Shown piece after piece: positions 9,684 to 19,890 of a stretch of 64,000 nt of DNA; the first letter of the stretch is position 1, and every line of letters starts with the position of its first letter. The stretch covers positions 1,408,001-1,472,000 of the forward strand of contig OY970280.1 in the NCBI GenBank assembly GCA_963715865.1, read 5' to 3'. This DNA is from Candidatus Bathyarchaeota archaeon (GTDB lineage Archaea; Thermoproteota; Bathyarchaeia; Bathyarchaeales; Bathycorpusculaceae). A program made the position numbers and the translations under genes. The notes beneath the pieces were generated by a model. The model saw only the letters and a list, made by a program, of their open reading frames with translations, was not told the DNA's origin and made no database searches.

Positions 9684-10289
9684 ATGAATTCAGTGAAGTA
9701 TAAGCCCACGTACATTCTAATTGCCGTAAACGTGCTTATTTACATTTATACTTCTGTTGTTGGCGGGAATTGGCTAAATACAAACAACAATCTCATTCTT
9801 CAATGGGGTCAATATAATTATCTTGTGTTCCATGGTTGGTATTACCAGCTTTTTACATCCATGTTCATACACGCCACAATAGCGCACATTGCTGGCAACA
9901 TGCTTTTCCTACTCATCTTTGGTTTAAGGGGAGAAGAAATGTTCTCGCTGCCCGAGTACCTTGGAATCTACTTCGTTGGAGGATTAGCAGGCAACATTCT
10001 TTCCTTAGCATTTGGACCAAACCTAATTTCCGTTGGGGCATCAGGCGCCATTTTCTCATTGTTCGGTGCATGCATAATTTATGCAAGGCGCTCTGTGCGG
10101 CAATCCATCCTGGGAGCGTTGGTTTACGCGTTCTTTCTATTGTTCATCAGTGCAGGACCAGAAGTGAACGATTTAGCTCATATAGGCGGGTTAGTTTTCG
10201 GTTTGCTTATAGGTTATTTGATAGCTACAAGCCGTAAACCACATGAGCAGCATTCAGTTAAGTACTCGTATTCTACTGGGCCATTTTAG
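9684..10289 (+). CDS. Rhomboid family intramembrane serine protease
   Basis: TSMFIH, HIAGNM, GASG, AHIGG. Confidence 0.93.
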   Translation: MNSVKYKPTYILIAVNVLIYIYTSVVGGNWLNTNNNLILQWGQYNYLVFHGWYYQLFTSMFIHATIAHIAGNMLFLLIFGLRGEEMFSLPEYLGIYFVGGLAGNILSLAFGPNLISVGASGAIFSLFGACIIYARRSVRQSILGALVYAFFLLFISAGPEVNDLAHIGGLVFGLLIGYLIATSRKPHEQHSVKYSYSTGPF

Positions 10290-10979
10290 TTAGGGCAGAG
10301 TTAAAATTTCCACTTTCACTTTGTACCCGTCTTTGAGGTTTAATTGTTTTCTCAGGCATACAGGCGCAATTATTTCAAGTACAGAAACGTCATAGTGACT
10401 GCGCAGCGCCGTTATCAATGCGCCTTTAATCTTGTTATCAATGATTGCAGGGTAACATTTTACAAGCCCAAAGGTACGGTCTTCATTCTTGAACCCTTTA
10501 ATCTCGATTGCTGGGTACGCTTCTATTTCCATTCGAGTTTTAATGTCGTAGTCTGTTGATATCTTAAGGTTAAGCGTGCCAGGGTAAGGATCAAAACCTA
10601 ACTTTTCAGCAAACTGTTTTCGATAATACTCTTTTGAGATGTAATAAGCGCCTTCACCTAAACCCGTGAAAACTGTTCCCTCCAAAGTTACCGAAGGAGG
10701 ATACGATTTTTCAATCAGAAATTTCAAGTTAGAATAAAGCCTTTGCAGTTCTCTAGTTCCTTGCTCCTCAATTTTAATCAAGCTCCCTTCCGGAGTTATA
10801 TTCCTCTGTATCCATCCTTTGCGCTCAAGCTCTATTAGATAGCGTGACGCGGTTTGCTGGGAAATCCCAAGTTTCCTAGCTAAATATTCAGTTGAAATTT
10901 TGGCGATTCTGCGGTAAGCACCCATTTCCGCCAGTTTAAGGAGCATGTAAAGATGCTGCCAATCGTGCTTTTCAGTCAA
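10290..10979 (-). CDS. ribK: CTP-dependent riboflavin kinase with N-terminal wHTH
   Basis: SQQTASR HTH; GLGEGAYY, PYPGTLN, LEIIAP..LR. Confidence 0.92.
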   Translation of the reverse strand: MTEKHDWQHLYMLLKLAEMGAYRRIAKISTEYLARKLGISQQTASRYLIELERKGWIQRNITPEGSLIKIEEQGTRELQRLYSNLKFLIEKSYPPSVTLEGTVFTGLGEGAYYISKEYYRKQFAEKLGFDPYPGTLNLKISTDYDIKTRMEIEAYPAIEIKGFKNEDRTFGLVKCYPAIIDNKIKGALITALRSHYDVSVLEIIAPVCLRKQLNLKDGYKVKVEILTLP

Positions 10980-11136
10980 TACTTGATACTCCAGTAGATA
11001 AGAAAGTAAGTGCTATTGATATTTAAGCGGCTCGAAAAAATTTTAAGCTAAAGCCAAGCAGGTAAAGTGCGAACAGCTAAATCTTTGCTAACAATAATAT
11101 TAACGCATAAGAGTTATAAGCGTCCATAGAAAAACA

Positions 11137-12129
11137 TTGGAGAATGACAGTGACCGATGCATGAACGCTTGGAAACTTAGGCTTTCTATGGCTGGAACTT
11201 TAGCCATAATCTTTGGTTTATCCACACTTATATTCGCAGTCATCTTAACCGTGGCTGGAATAGGCTTTGACTTAATAACCATAGGAGTCCTCGTAGTAGT
11301 CCTCAACATAGCCCAATGGCTACTGGCACCTTACCTTATAGGTGCAATATACAAAGTTCGAGAACTTACACAAAATGAAAACCCGCAACTGCACCAGATG
11401 GTTGATGACCTAAGCAAGAAAAGCGGAATATCCAAACCAAAACTCATGTTATCACAGATTCCGCTTCCAAACGCGTTCGCTTACGGCTCACCCTTAACAG
11501 GTAACCGCGTCGCCGTAACACAAGGGCTTTTAAAATCTCTTGACGATGGCGAAGTTGAAGCTGTCCTAGGACATGAACTTGGCCATTTAAAGCACCATGA
11601 CGTGCAGGCCATGATGGTAGTTTCTTTCCTACCCGCATTGTTCTATTACATTGGTTACACGTTTATGCTTTCAGGCATTTTCGGCGGAGGCCAACGCAAA
11701 AGCCAGGGCAACAACGCGTTAATAGGCTTGGGCTTTATGGCTTTCTCTTGGATACTAACCTTATTCACACTATACCTAAGCAGACTGCGCGAATACTATG
11801 CTGACAGGCACAGCGTTTCAGTGGTTGATAACGGCGCAGAAAAGCTCTCAACTGGTCTAGTAACAATAGTTGACGAAAGCCGACACGCTGGCAAACCAAA
11901 CAAACAACAACAAAAAAATAACAGTGCCTTTAAAGCGTTATTTATCGCTGACCCTGACAGAGCAAACGCTGATTCTGCAGAGTTACACGCAACCCATGCT
12001 GCAAACAAAAAAGATTTGCTTCAAGAAACACTCTCAAGAGAACCCACAAAAGCGGACAGGTTCCTTGAAATCTTCTCAACTCATCCTAACATTATCAAGC
12101 GTCTGCGTGCACTGCAAGAAATAAGCTAA
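11137..12129 (+). CDS. htpX: HtpX-like M48 zinc metalloprotease (start probably ~11161)
   Basis: PNAFAYG, HELGH, SRLREYYAD, STHP. Confidence 0.9.
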   Translation: MENDSDRCMNAWKLRLSMAGTLAIIFGLSTLIFAVILTVAGIGFDLITIGVLVVVLNIAQWLLAPYLIGAIYKVRELTQNENPQLHQMVDDLSKKSGISKPKLMLSQIPLPNAFAYGSPLTGNRVAVTQGLLKSLDDGEVEAVLGHELGHLKHHDVQAMMVVSFLPALFYYIGYTFMLSGIFGGGQRKSQGNNALIGLGFMAFSWILTLFTLYLSRLREYYADRHSVSVVDNGAEKLSTGLVTIVDESRHAGKPNKQQQKNNSAFKALFIADPDRANADSAELHATHAANKKDLLQETLSREPTKADRFLEIFSTHPNIIKRLRALQEIS

Positions 12130-12145
12130 TCCAGCAAAAAATCGA

Positions 12146-12793
12146 TCAAAAAGCATCCTCGCTGTTTAGAAATGGATTAACCCTTTTTTCTTCACCCATT
12201 ATAGATGTAGCGCCATGCCCAGGGTAAACTAAAAAATAATCAGGCAAACGGACCAACTTTTGCAAAGACATCCGCATGTCAGCGTCTGAGCCTCCGGGGA
12301 AATCTGTTCTGCCAATCCCACCAGCAAACAATGTGTCGCCGGTGAAAACAAGTCTTTCTCCAAGAAGGCATATGCTGCCAGGTGTATGTCCAGACGTATG
12401 CATAACCTTCAAAGATTCATTGCCAAACGTGATTAAGCTATCATCCTCTAACAGGACAGTAGCAGGAAACTCGCCTTTTTCCAACCCTTCAATAAAAGGG
12501 GCATCATACTTGTGAATGCAGATGGGCACATTGTACTTTTTTTGGAAAATGGCGTCGCCGTTGATGTGGTCTTGGTGACCATGAGTGTTCACGATTAACT
12601 TTACTTTTAATGTGCCTTGAGTTATGTAATCGAAAATTTGTTCAGCTTCAGAAGAAAATTCCACTCCTGGGTCTATTATAATCGCCTCTTTAGTTTGTTG
12701 GGAGTTAACGACGTAGCAGTTTGTTGATAACATGCCAACAATGAACGTCTCAATCAGCATACAAATCAACATTCGAGTAATGTTGATAGACAA
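12146..12793 (-). CDS. MBL-fold metallo-hydrolase (glyoxalase II-like)
   Basis: THGHQDH, GHTPGS, FTGDTLF, PGHG. Confidence 0.92.
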   Translation of the reverse strand: MSINITRMLICMLIETFIVGMLSTNCYVVNSQQTKEAIIIDPGVEFSSEAEQIFDYITQGTLKVKLIVNTHGHQDHINGDAIFQKKYNVPICIHKYDAPFIEGLEKGEFPATVLLEDDSLITFGNESLKVMHTSGHTPGSICLLGERLVFTGDTLFAGGIGRTDFPGGSDADMRMSLQKLVRLPDYFLVYPGHGATSIMGEEKRVNPFLNSEDAF

Positions 12794-12949
12794 AATAAAC
12801 TATTTGCCTGCAAACCAAACGCGTTGCATCCAAACTAGCCTGCCTGATGTTAATTGTTTTCTTTATCTTATCTTTCCCCATTAACGCCTAAGTGACCTGC
12901 GCTTCAATGGTAAAATGAAAAATAAAGTTAAAAAAAACTTCTTGCCAAG

Positions 12950-13198
12950 CTAAGCGTCAAAGTCCTGTTGAAAACCGGTAAGTTTTATGGTGCTTCGGCA
13001 TTTGCCACAAACGATTACTAATTCAGCAAGTTTATCTTTGGCAACTTTAGTATCTACGATTCTATAGTTCTCCTCTGACTCGTCTTCAGGTGAGATTACC
13101 ATTCCGCATTCGGGGCATGGGAAAGAACCGTCGCCTTCGATAATGGCCAAATTTATCGTGTATGCCGAATCTTTTTTGTCCGGCTTTTTCATCATCAT
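12950..13198 (-). CDS. Small Zn-finger protein
   Basis: CPECG...CGKC. Confidence 0.65.
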   Translation of the reverse strand: MMMKKPDKKDSAYTINLAIIEGDGSFPCPECGMVISPEDESEENYRIVDTKVAKDKLAELVIVCGKCRSTIKLTGFQQDFDA

Positions 13199-13341
13199 TC
13201 TTCTTCACTCCGTTTTCTTTGAATTTTCATTAATTGCTATTATTTAATTAACGGTTATGAATTTCTAGTCAGTATACAAGATACATTTAAAAATTTGACC
13301 CAAAGAAAGTGTTGTTTTTCCACGTTTTCCATCTTGAATTG

Positions 13342-15246
13342 CTACGCTCCTTTTTCTTTCTCAAAGTTCTCAGGTGCAATGTAATCACCATATTTTTCTT
13401 TGGCTTCCAGCAGGCGAGCGCGTTGCAAGTATAGTATGCCGAATAGTTCTAGTGGCGTGTCAGTGACGTTTTCTTGATAGAACCGTTGTACCCGTTCAAT
13501 CTTTGCTAGGTTTTCTGGAACGCGGATAGTGAATTGCTTAATGTAGTCTTCTTTAGCGTAGTTTTTGCGTAACACTTGTTTGAATAGCCTGCGTAAGTCC
13601 TCGTATTTTGGAATGTAGCCTGTTGGAGTTTCTAAGGCGTCTACTTCGTTGTGTACTCTTAGTTCCATCCATTTTAACCAAACATGCTTGTCTTGTGGAC
13701 TGTTTAGGTATTTGCCGTTGTCTACTTCTTTGAGGAAATAGTTCACTCCAAAGATGACTGGTTGCTTCTTGAGTTTCCTTCCGAAATTCAAGTTGTTGTG
13801 AACGTTTTTGCCTAATGGGATTGAGATGAAGTCTTGGATGCTCATCATGTTAATTTCGGGAACGCCCTCTTCACCGATGGTAGCGAAAGTGGTTTCAGTC
13901 TCAAGTGATGCACCATAAGCGATGATGCCGTGCTCCCAACTGAAGCTCTGCTGAACAGGCACGTAAGCCTTAGTATCCCGTCCGCCGTACATTATGCCGC
14001 CTAATTCAACACCCATAGGATTGGCAAGTTCAGGGTCACAGTTTTCCAATTCTTTTAGGGATACTGTATAACGAGCGTTTTTGCTGGCAGGCGGAATCTC
14101 GTTGCCATTCTCATCTTTTTTGCCTTCATACCATGCTCCAGTATAGTTTAAGCCGTTTTTAGGGAGCTCTTGCCCCATGCCAAGCCAGTATGGTTTACCA
14201 TCCTTAACTAGCACGTTGGAGAATATTATTTCTCCCGGGCGAGTTAGCACCTTGTAAATTAATGCGTCATCCTTTGGGTTAACGTCTTGTATGATGCCGA
14301 ATATGCCTGATTCAACATTCACCGCTCGAGCCGCAGAATCAATGTCTCGAATGTAAGCTATATCGTCGCCAATTATTGTTTCGCCTGGAAGCATAGCGGT
14401 TGAGGTTTTTCCGCAGGCACTTGGGAAAGCTCCAGCAAAATACGTTTTGCGTCCACCTGGACCAAAGACGCCCATGAGTAGCATGTGTTCTGCTAGCCAT
14501 CCTTCACTGCTTGCTTTACGAATAGCCAAGCGGAAGGCTAGTTTTTTGAAGCCTACGGAGTTTCCAGCGTATTGGGTGTTGACGCTGTAGATGGTGCTGT
14601 CCATGTGGTCGATGTAGATGCATTTTTTATTGTATTCTACGCTGACCATGTCCCCGTTTAATTTTCCTGCAGAGTGTAGGACACGTAGGAAGTCGCTTTT
14701 TGGTCCTGCTTTTACAAATTGCTCATAGCCAGGGCGATAAAGCAGGTCTTCTGAATGTGCGACGTACCATGAGTCTGTGCATTGCAAGCCAAGAATAGTG
14801 AAGATGGAATCTGGTGGACCCAGTGAGATGAAGCGGACAATCATTGTTTTTCCCTGCATGGAATCCCGAAGGAAACCTCTGACCTCAGCCAAGCCTTCTT
14901 GTCGGTCGATTTGGTTGAGGGCTTTGCTTAGGGAAATTCCTTTGGGTACAAGGTACTTGGTGGCTTGGCGGTCTCGTCCTTGGTCATATTCGCCGTCAAA
15001 ATGGATAGCGTGTCCTGGAAGGGTTAAGATTGCTTGTTCTTCCCCTGAGGCGAATGCTTGTTTGCGTACGTGTGCGATGTCTTCGGCTGAGTCGCTGCAG
15101 ATAAAGATTTTCTCGGGGTGGCAGAGGTCACTTTCTTTAGCTATAAACTCATGGACATTAGGGTTGTCCATGGCGCTTAGTTTTTTGAAGTCCGATTCGC
15201 TAAGTTTTGGTTGTAGAGCCTCAAGGTATGGATTCATTATAGCCAT
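13342..15246 (-). CDS. pckG: Phosphoenolpyruvate carboxykinase (GTP)
   Basis: YAGNSVGFKK, WLAEHM, AFPSACGKT, IGDDIAY, NARY. Confidence 0.95.
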   Translation of the reverse strand: MAIMNPYLEALQPKLSESDFKKLSAMDNPNVHEFIAKESDLCHPEKIFICSDSAEDIAHVRKQAFASGEEQAILTLPGHAIHFDGEYDQGRDRQATKYLVPKGISLSKALNQIDRQEGLAEVRGFLRDSMQGKTMIVRFISLGPPDSIFTILGLQCTDSWYVAHSEDLLYRPGYEQFVKAGPKSDFLRVLHSAGKLNGDMVSVEYNKKCIYIDHMDSTIYSVNTQYAGNSVGFKKLAFRLAIRKASSEGWLAEHMLLMGVFGPGGRKTYFAGAFPSACGKTSTAMLPGETIIGDDIAYIRDIDSAARAVNVESGIFGIIQDVNPKDDALIYKVLTRPGEIIFSNVLVKDGKPYWLGMGQELPKNGLNYTGAWYEGKKDENGNEIPPASKNARYTVSLKELENCDPELANPMGVELGGIMYGGRDTKAYVPVQQSFSWEHGIIAYGASLETETTFATIGEEGVPEINMMSIQDFISIPLGKNVHNNLNFGRKLKKQPVIFGVNYFLKEVDNGKYLNSPQDKHVWLKWMELRVHNEVDALETPTGYIPKYEDLRRLFKQVLRKNYAKEDYIKQFTIRVPENLAKIERVQRFYQENVTDTPLELFGILYLQRARLLEAKEKYGDYIAPENFEKEKGA

Positions 15247-15437
15247 TTCTTTACACCTTTAACAGTGCCCTCTCTGTGATTCAGAGAAAACTTTGGTTTT
15301 CAGCGTAAATCCAGATTTGTTAGGCATTTTTAATCGCTTTTCCTTTCAGTGAGTTGAATAAGTAAATGATAAACTTTGTGCAAGACAAAGAAAAGTTGAG
15401 GATTGTATTAATCACCAGCATGTTTCTTTACACAGTA

Positions 15438-16415
15438 TCAGAGTTCATTTACAGTTCCAGGCACACGTGGAAAGGGCTGTGTTTCAGCTACGTGTTTGAC
15501 GCCTGCAATCCAGCCTACTAAGCGTTCCATGCCGATGCCTCCGCCAGCAGTGGGTTTTAATCGGCCTTCTTTTGCCATTTTCAGCACTAATGCATAGTTT
15601 TCTTTTTTGACTTGGTCGCGCTCAATTTTCTTTGAGATTTTCGCGTATTCCCATTCGCGTTTAGCGCCCGATAGCACTTCGCCGTACTGTGGCAGGAACA
15701 GGTCGTAGTTGTCCCATTTGCCTGTTTTGAAGTCTTCGTAATCATAGAATTCTCTAGGGATGTTTGTTACCCAAACGGGCTGGGTTGTTTCTTTGGCTAA
15801 GCCAGCTTCCCAACCGTCTGCGCCGTATTTAGCTTCAAGTTCAACGCGGTCGTAGATTTTGAATGGCGCCTTGAGTGCCTTAAGAGTGTCGCAGCGGCAG
15901 AGAGTGGTTAATTCTCCTTTCATGTCAAGTTTTAAGTCCTTAATTAGAGTGCATATGGCGTCTTCTACAAGAGTGATGATGTCTTTTGAGGTGGCGTCTC
16001 TTGCTTCAAAGTCTAGCTGTGTGAACTCGTAGATGTGTTTGCCTGTTGCGGCGCGTTCTGCTTTCTCGATGCGTATGTTGGGTGAAAGTATGAAAAGTTT
16101 CGGATAAGCGGTTGATGCGGCGACGAGTTTGTGGATAATCATGCTTGCTGTTGTGCGTACTGGTTTGCCGTAAATGTCTACTTCTATTCTTTTATCTATG
16201 GATGCGCCTGGGTCTGGCCACAGCGGATCAGTGCATTGGCTTAGAGCTACTGGAAGCAGCCATTGGAAGCCTTGATCTACGAATGTGGAAGTGAGGCTTT
16301 TTAGCGTGTAAGTCATTATTTTGCCTATGCAGGCTTTTCTTTCTATTTCGCTTGGTGAAAGTTGGTCTAAGGGTTTTGGGATTTCGATTTGAATGGTTTC
16401 TTGTTTGCTTTTCAA
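15438..16415 (-). CDS. asnA: Archaeal asparagine synthetase A (AspRS catalytic-domain-like, no anticodon-binding domain)
   Basis: TDPLWPDP, SMIIHK, SPNIRIE, H.YEFTQLDFE, EVLSGA.RE, GGGIGMERL. Confidence 0.85.
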   Translation of the reverse strand: MKSKQETIQIEIPKPLDQLSPSEIERKACIGKIMTYTLKSLTSTFVDQGFQWLLPVALSQCTDPLWPDPGASIDKRIEVDIYGKPVRTTASMIIHKLVAASTAYPKLFILSPNIRIEKAERAATGKHIYEFTQLDFEARDATSKDIITLVEDAICTLIKDLKLDMKGELTTLCRCDTLKALKAPFKIYDRVELEAKYGADGWEAGLAKETTQPVWVTNIPREFYDYEDFKTGKWDNYDLFLPQYGEVLSGAKREWEYAKISKKIERDQVKKENYALVLKMAKEGRLKPTAGGGIGMERLVGWIAGVKHVAETQPFPRVPGTVNEL

Positions 16416-16543
16416 CTGTGTTCACTTTATGTTAATTATTGGAAATTACACTATGCAAAGTAGATAATAAATTTTTTATAATAAAACATGGATAAATTAC
16501 AATAAACACAAGCTTTTATACTTGAAGCTTGTAATATTTACAT

Positions 16544-17059
16544 ATGAGCGCTAAACTTGACGAAAAAGACCTAGCCATACTCCTACTGATACAAGAAAAC
16601 AGCAAACTCACAGCCAAACAAATCTCCAAAAAAATCAATTCGCCAATAACCACAGTTTTCGCCAAAACAAAACGCATGGAAGAACTAGGCATAATAAAAC
16701 AGTACAGGGCAATCCTGTCTCCCGAAAAGCTGAATTTAGGCACAGCAGCCTTCATCTTAGCTTCCGTCTCATACAGGGCAAAAACCGACGATGCCCCAGT
16801 TTCTCAAAGAGCCGTTGCCGAGGAGATAGCGCGGTTTCCTGAAGTTCAGGAAGTGCATATCATCACTGGCGACTGGGACCTGCTTGTGAAACTTCGTGCT
16901 GAAAACGTTGACGCAATCGGCAAGTTTGTAGTTGACAAGTTACGATTGATTAAGGGTTTAGAGAAGACGTTGACGTGCATGGTTTTTGAAACTGTAAAAG
17001 AAACTACAAGCCTGCCTCAATCATTTAAGAGAAATGAAAAGAAATCAGTTAAGCCTTAA
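16544..17059 (+). CDS. Lrp/AsnC family regulator, divergent from asnA
   Basis: LDEKDLAILLLIQEN HTH, EVHIITGDWDLLVK. Confidence 0.92.
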   Translation: MSAKLDEKDLAILLLIQENSKLTAKQISKKINSPITTVFAKTKRMEELGIIKQYRAILSPEKLNLGTAAFILASVSYRAKTDDAPVSQRAVAEEIARFPEVQEVHIITGDWDLLVKLRAENVDAIGKFVVDKLRLIKGLEKTLTCMVFETVKETTSLPQSFKRNEKKSVKP

Positions 17060-17522
17060 CTTCGGAAGAGCTTGAATAATACAGAAGCGGTAATGCAAGC
17101 AGTACAGTGTTTTTTCCCTTAGAAGTTAGAGCATACTCCACTCTTAATGGCGGACCAGCAATAACATTTCTTGTTATGTAACCGTGTTTCTGAAGCATCT
17201 TCAGCTTGTCCGACAGCGTGCGGGAATTGACGGTTAAGATTTTTTTGATTTCGCCAAAGCCAATTGCGTCTTTAAGCAGTAGCGTATAGAGGATTTCAAG
17301 GCTCCATTTCTGGAACAAGAGGTTGAAGCTTCCTTGTAGGCTTTCAAGTTCGTCCTTGAGTTCGGTGGGCGTTATCTTCTGAGTCTCTATTATTTGATTA
17401 AACGTTTCCTCTATGCCCTTCAACACTTGATCCATACGTGCTTCTACGATTTTGCGGAATTCAGCGCTTAAAGTTAATGGTGGAACACTCATCTGGTTTA
17501 CACTCGGTGTAACTTGGCTCAC
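17049..17522 (-). CDS. HxlR family winged-helix regulator
   Basis: KWSLEIL, RTLSDKLK, PLRVEYALT.KG. Confidence 0.88.
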   Translation of the reverse strand: MSQVTPSVNQMSVPPLTLSAEFRKIVEARMDQVLKGIEETFNQIIETQKITPTELKDELESLQGSFNLLFQKWSLEILYTLLLKDAIGFGEIKKILTVNSRTLSDKLKMLQKHGYITRNVIAGPPLRVEYALTSKGKNTVLLALPLLYYSSSSEVKA

Positions 17523-18959
17523 TTCATAGTTTATAAGGGTTTACTAATACAACAAGGTATACAAAGTACATCAAGAAGGTCACGGAGGAGAGAACTCTTG
17601 GAAAAATATGACGCCATAGTTGTTGGCGCAGGAACAGCAGGCTGCTTAGCTGCAAAAACCATCGCTGAATCAGGCTTAAAAGTTTGCATAGTTGAAAAGA
17701 AAAAGCGCGAGCAGATTGGAGAAAAAATCTGCGGCGACGCTCTCGGAGAGCATCATCTAAAGTTTCTGGGTTTAGAAAAACCTTCAGGCGGCGAGTTGGA
17801 AACACGAATTGACGGCATCAAAATCTATTCACCTGACGAAAACACGGTTTTCACCATAGCGGACAAGGACTTTGTCGGTTACTTGCTTAACAGGCGGCTG
17901 TTCGGACAATGGCTACTGAAAAAAGCAACCGACAGAGGCGCTGTTCTTGAGGATAACATGAATTTCCGCTCGCCAATAATTGAGAAAGGCGCAGTAGCTG
18001 GCGTAGTGGCAAAAAACATGAAAACAGGCCAAACCTTGCAGTTGAAGAGCAAGGTTGTTGTTGATGCTAGCGGCTTTTTCGGCGTTGTCAGACACCAGCT
18101 TCCCGCGGAAATGGGCATAGACCGTGAAGTAGAGAACGAGGATGTGGAAGCATGTTATCGGGAAATCCGCCAGCTAAAACAGGAAACCGAGAACACCCGT
18201 TACTGCGAAATTTACCTCAACCAAAAAGTTGCTCCGGGCGGTTACGTGTGGATTTTTCCCAAAGGCGGAGCCAGAGTCAACGTTGGCTTAGGCATATGCA
18301 TGCGCGGCAAATATCCCAGTCCAAAAAAGCAGCTATATGATAACACTTTTACTAAGCCTGCTTTTGAAGGGTCACTTGTTTTGAATGGGGGTGCATGGTT
18401 TGATCCGACACGGAGACCATTGGATAACATGGTTGCTGACGGTGTAATGTTGGTTGGGGATGCTGCCTCTCTGGTAAATCCGATTCATGGCGGCGGCATT
18501 GGTCCGTCGATGCTTAGCGGGTACTTTGCTGGGCAAACAATCGTTGAAGCATTAGCCAAAGGTGAGCCTACCAAAGAAGCCTTGTGGGGACACAACAAGA
18601 AATATATTGAGACATATGGAAAGAAACAGGCAAGTTTAGACGTATTCCGCATGTTCCTATTATCTTGTAGCGACGAAGACCTAAACTACGGCATGAACCA
18701 GAAACTCATGACCGAAGATGACGTGTTAAAGGCAGGCATGGGCGACGACTTCCACCTAAACATAACTGAAACCGCCAAACGAGTATTCCGAGGCATAAGG
18801 CGAGTAGGCTTCCTCAACAAACTTCGGTTAACGGTTACAATGATGAGGCAGGTCGGCGCACACTACAACACTTACCCAGCAACGCCGCAGAACTTTGAGC
18901 CATGGCGATTGCAGACGGTTAAACTTATTGAAGAGGCAAAACAAAAGCTCACAGATTAA
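17514..18959 (+). CDS. Geranylgeranyl reductase family FAD oxidoreductase (start probably ~17597)
   Basis: VGAGTAG, KICGD, GYVWIFPK, GDAA..VNPIHGGGI. Confidence 0.9.
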   Translation: MAHFIVYKGLLIQQGIQSTSRRSRRRELLEKYDAIVVGAGTAGCLAAKTIAESGLKVCIVEKKKREQIGEKICGDALGEHHLKFLGLEKPSGGELETRIDGIKIYSPDENTVFTIADKDFVGYLLNRRLFGQWLLKKATDRGAVLEDNMNFRSPIIEKGAVAGVVAKNMKTGQTLQLKSKVVVDASGFFGVVRHQLPAEMGIDREVENEDVEACYREIRQLKQETENTRYCEIYLNQKVAPGGYVWIFPKGGARVNVGLGICMRGKYPSPKKQLYDNTFTKPAFEGSLVLNGGAWFDPTRRPLDNMVADGVMLVGDAASLVNPIHGGGIGPSMLSGYFAGQTIVEALAKGEPTKEALWGHNKKYIETYGKKQASLDVFRMFLLSCSDEDLNYGMNQKLMTEDDVLKAGMGDDFHLNITETAKRVFRGIRRVGFLNKLRLTVTMMRQVGAHYNTYPATPQNFEPWRLQTVKLIEEAKQKLTD

Positions 18960-19062
18960 TCGATTCTGAGCCAGTTTTTTCTTATGCTATTTTTGTCTTT
19001 ATTTTGAAACTCAGTAAAGGCTTAAATTCGCAGTATATGATGCATACATATGGTGAAAAAAT

Positions 19063-19413
19063 TTGGTTTACTGTTCTAAGTGCGGTGAAAAAATCCCAGA
19101 TGACGCTTATTTTTGCCCTAAATGCGGCACTAAAACCGAGAAGGGTAAAGCTGCAAACGCGGCTTATCCTTCTGATGAGCTGCGGGATGCTTTTTATAAG
19201 GTTGGAATAGAGCTTGAGAGAGCATTCAACATTGCAGCGCATGAAACGCACGCAGCCATCCAAAGAGCAGGAAAGAACATGCAGCAAAAATCTGCACAAC
19301 GAGAAAACATTGTTTGTCCTAACTGTAAAACAAAGAACCCGTATGGCTCAATTTTCTGTCATAGCTGCGGCACAAGGATAGCGCCAACTGAAGAGTCACA
19401 TGGCAGTGCTTAG
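19063..19413 (+). CDS. Double zinc-ribbon protein
   Basis: CSKCG/CPKCG at the N-terminus, CPNC/CHSCG at the C-terminus. Confidence 0.8.
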   Translation: MVYCSKCGEKIPDDAYFCPKCGTKTEKGKAANAAYPSDELRDAFYKVGIELERAFNIAAHETHAAIQRAGKNMQQKSAQRENIVCPNCKTKNPYGSIFCHSCGTRIAPTEESHGSA

Positions 19414-19415
19414 AG

Positions 19416-19889
19416 ATGGATGGAAACAAGGCTCTAATAGCTTATGAAACTAAGGGCGGAGCCACTGAAGAGGCAGCACAGAAAATAGCAGAAATCCTAC
19501 GTTCCAAATATCAATTAGAAGTTGACTTAGTTGACTTGAAAGAGCAAAAAGTGCCTGACCTTTCACAGTACAGAAATTTGGTTATCGGCGGAGGCGTCAG
19601 GGCTGGCAGAGTTTATGATAAAGTGTTAAAGTTTCTTGAAAATGACCTCAGTGGCAAACGTGTGGCTTTTTTTGTTTCCTCGGCTGAGGCTGGGTCGCTT
19701 GGAAGCTATGAGAAAGCAAAAATCAAATTCGTAGAAAACACGTTAGCTAAGTATCCTAAGATTAATCCTGTAGCTACGGAAGCCTTCGGCGGGCGCATAA
19801 AAATCCTTGGAAAAACCGTCACCGACAACAGAGACATGGTTAAGGTAGAAGCTTGGGCAGAAGAGCTTGGAAAAAAATTCACAGCATAA
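19416..19889 (+). CDS. Flavodoxin-domain protein (HemG/Flavodoxin_5-like)
   Basis: YETKGGATEEAAQKIA flavodoxin loop, FGGRI. Confidence 0.8.
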   Translation: MDGNKALIAYETKGGATEEAAQKIAEILRSKYQLEVDLVDLKEQKVPDLSQYRNLVIGGGVRAGRVYDKVLKFLENDLSGKRVAFFVSSAEAGSLGSYEKAKIKFVENTLAKYPKINPVATEAFGGRIKILGKTVTDNRDMVKVEAWAEELGKKFTA

Positions 19890-19890
19890 A

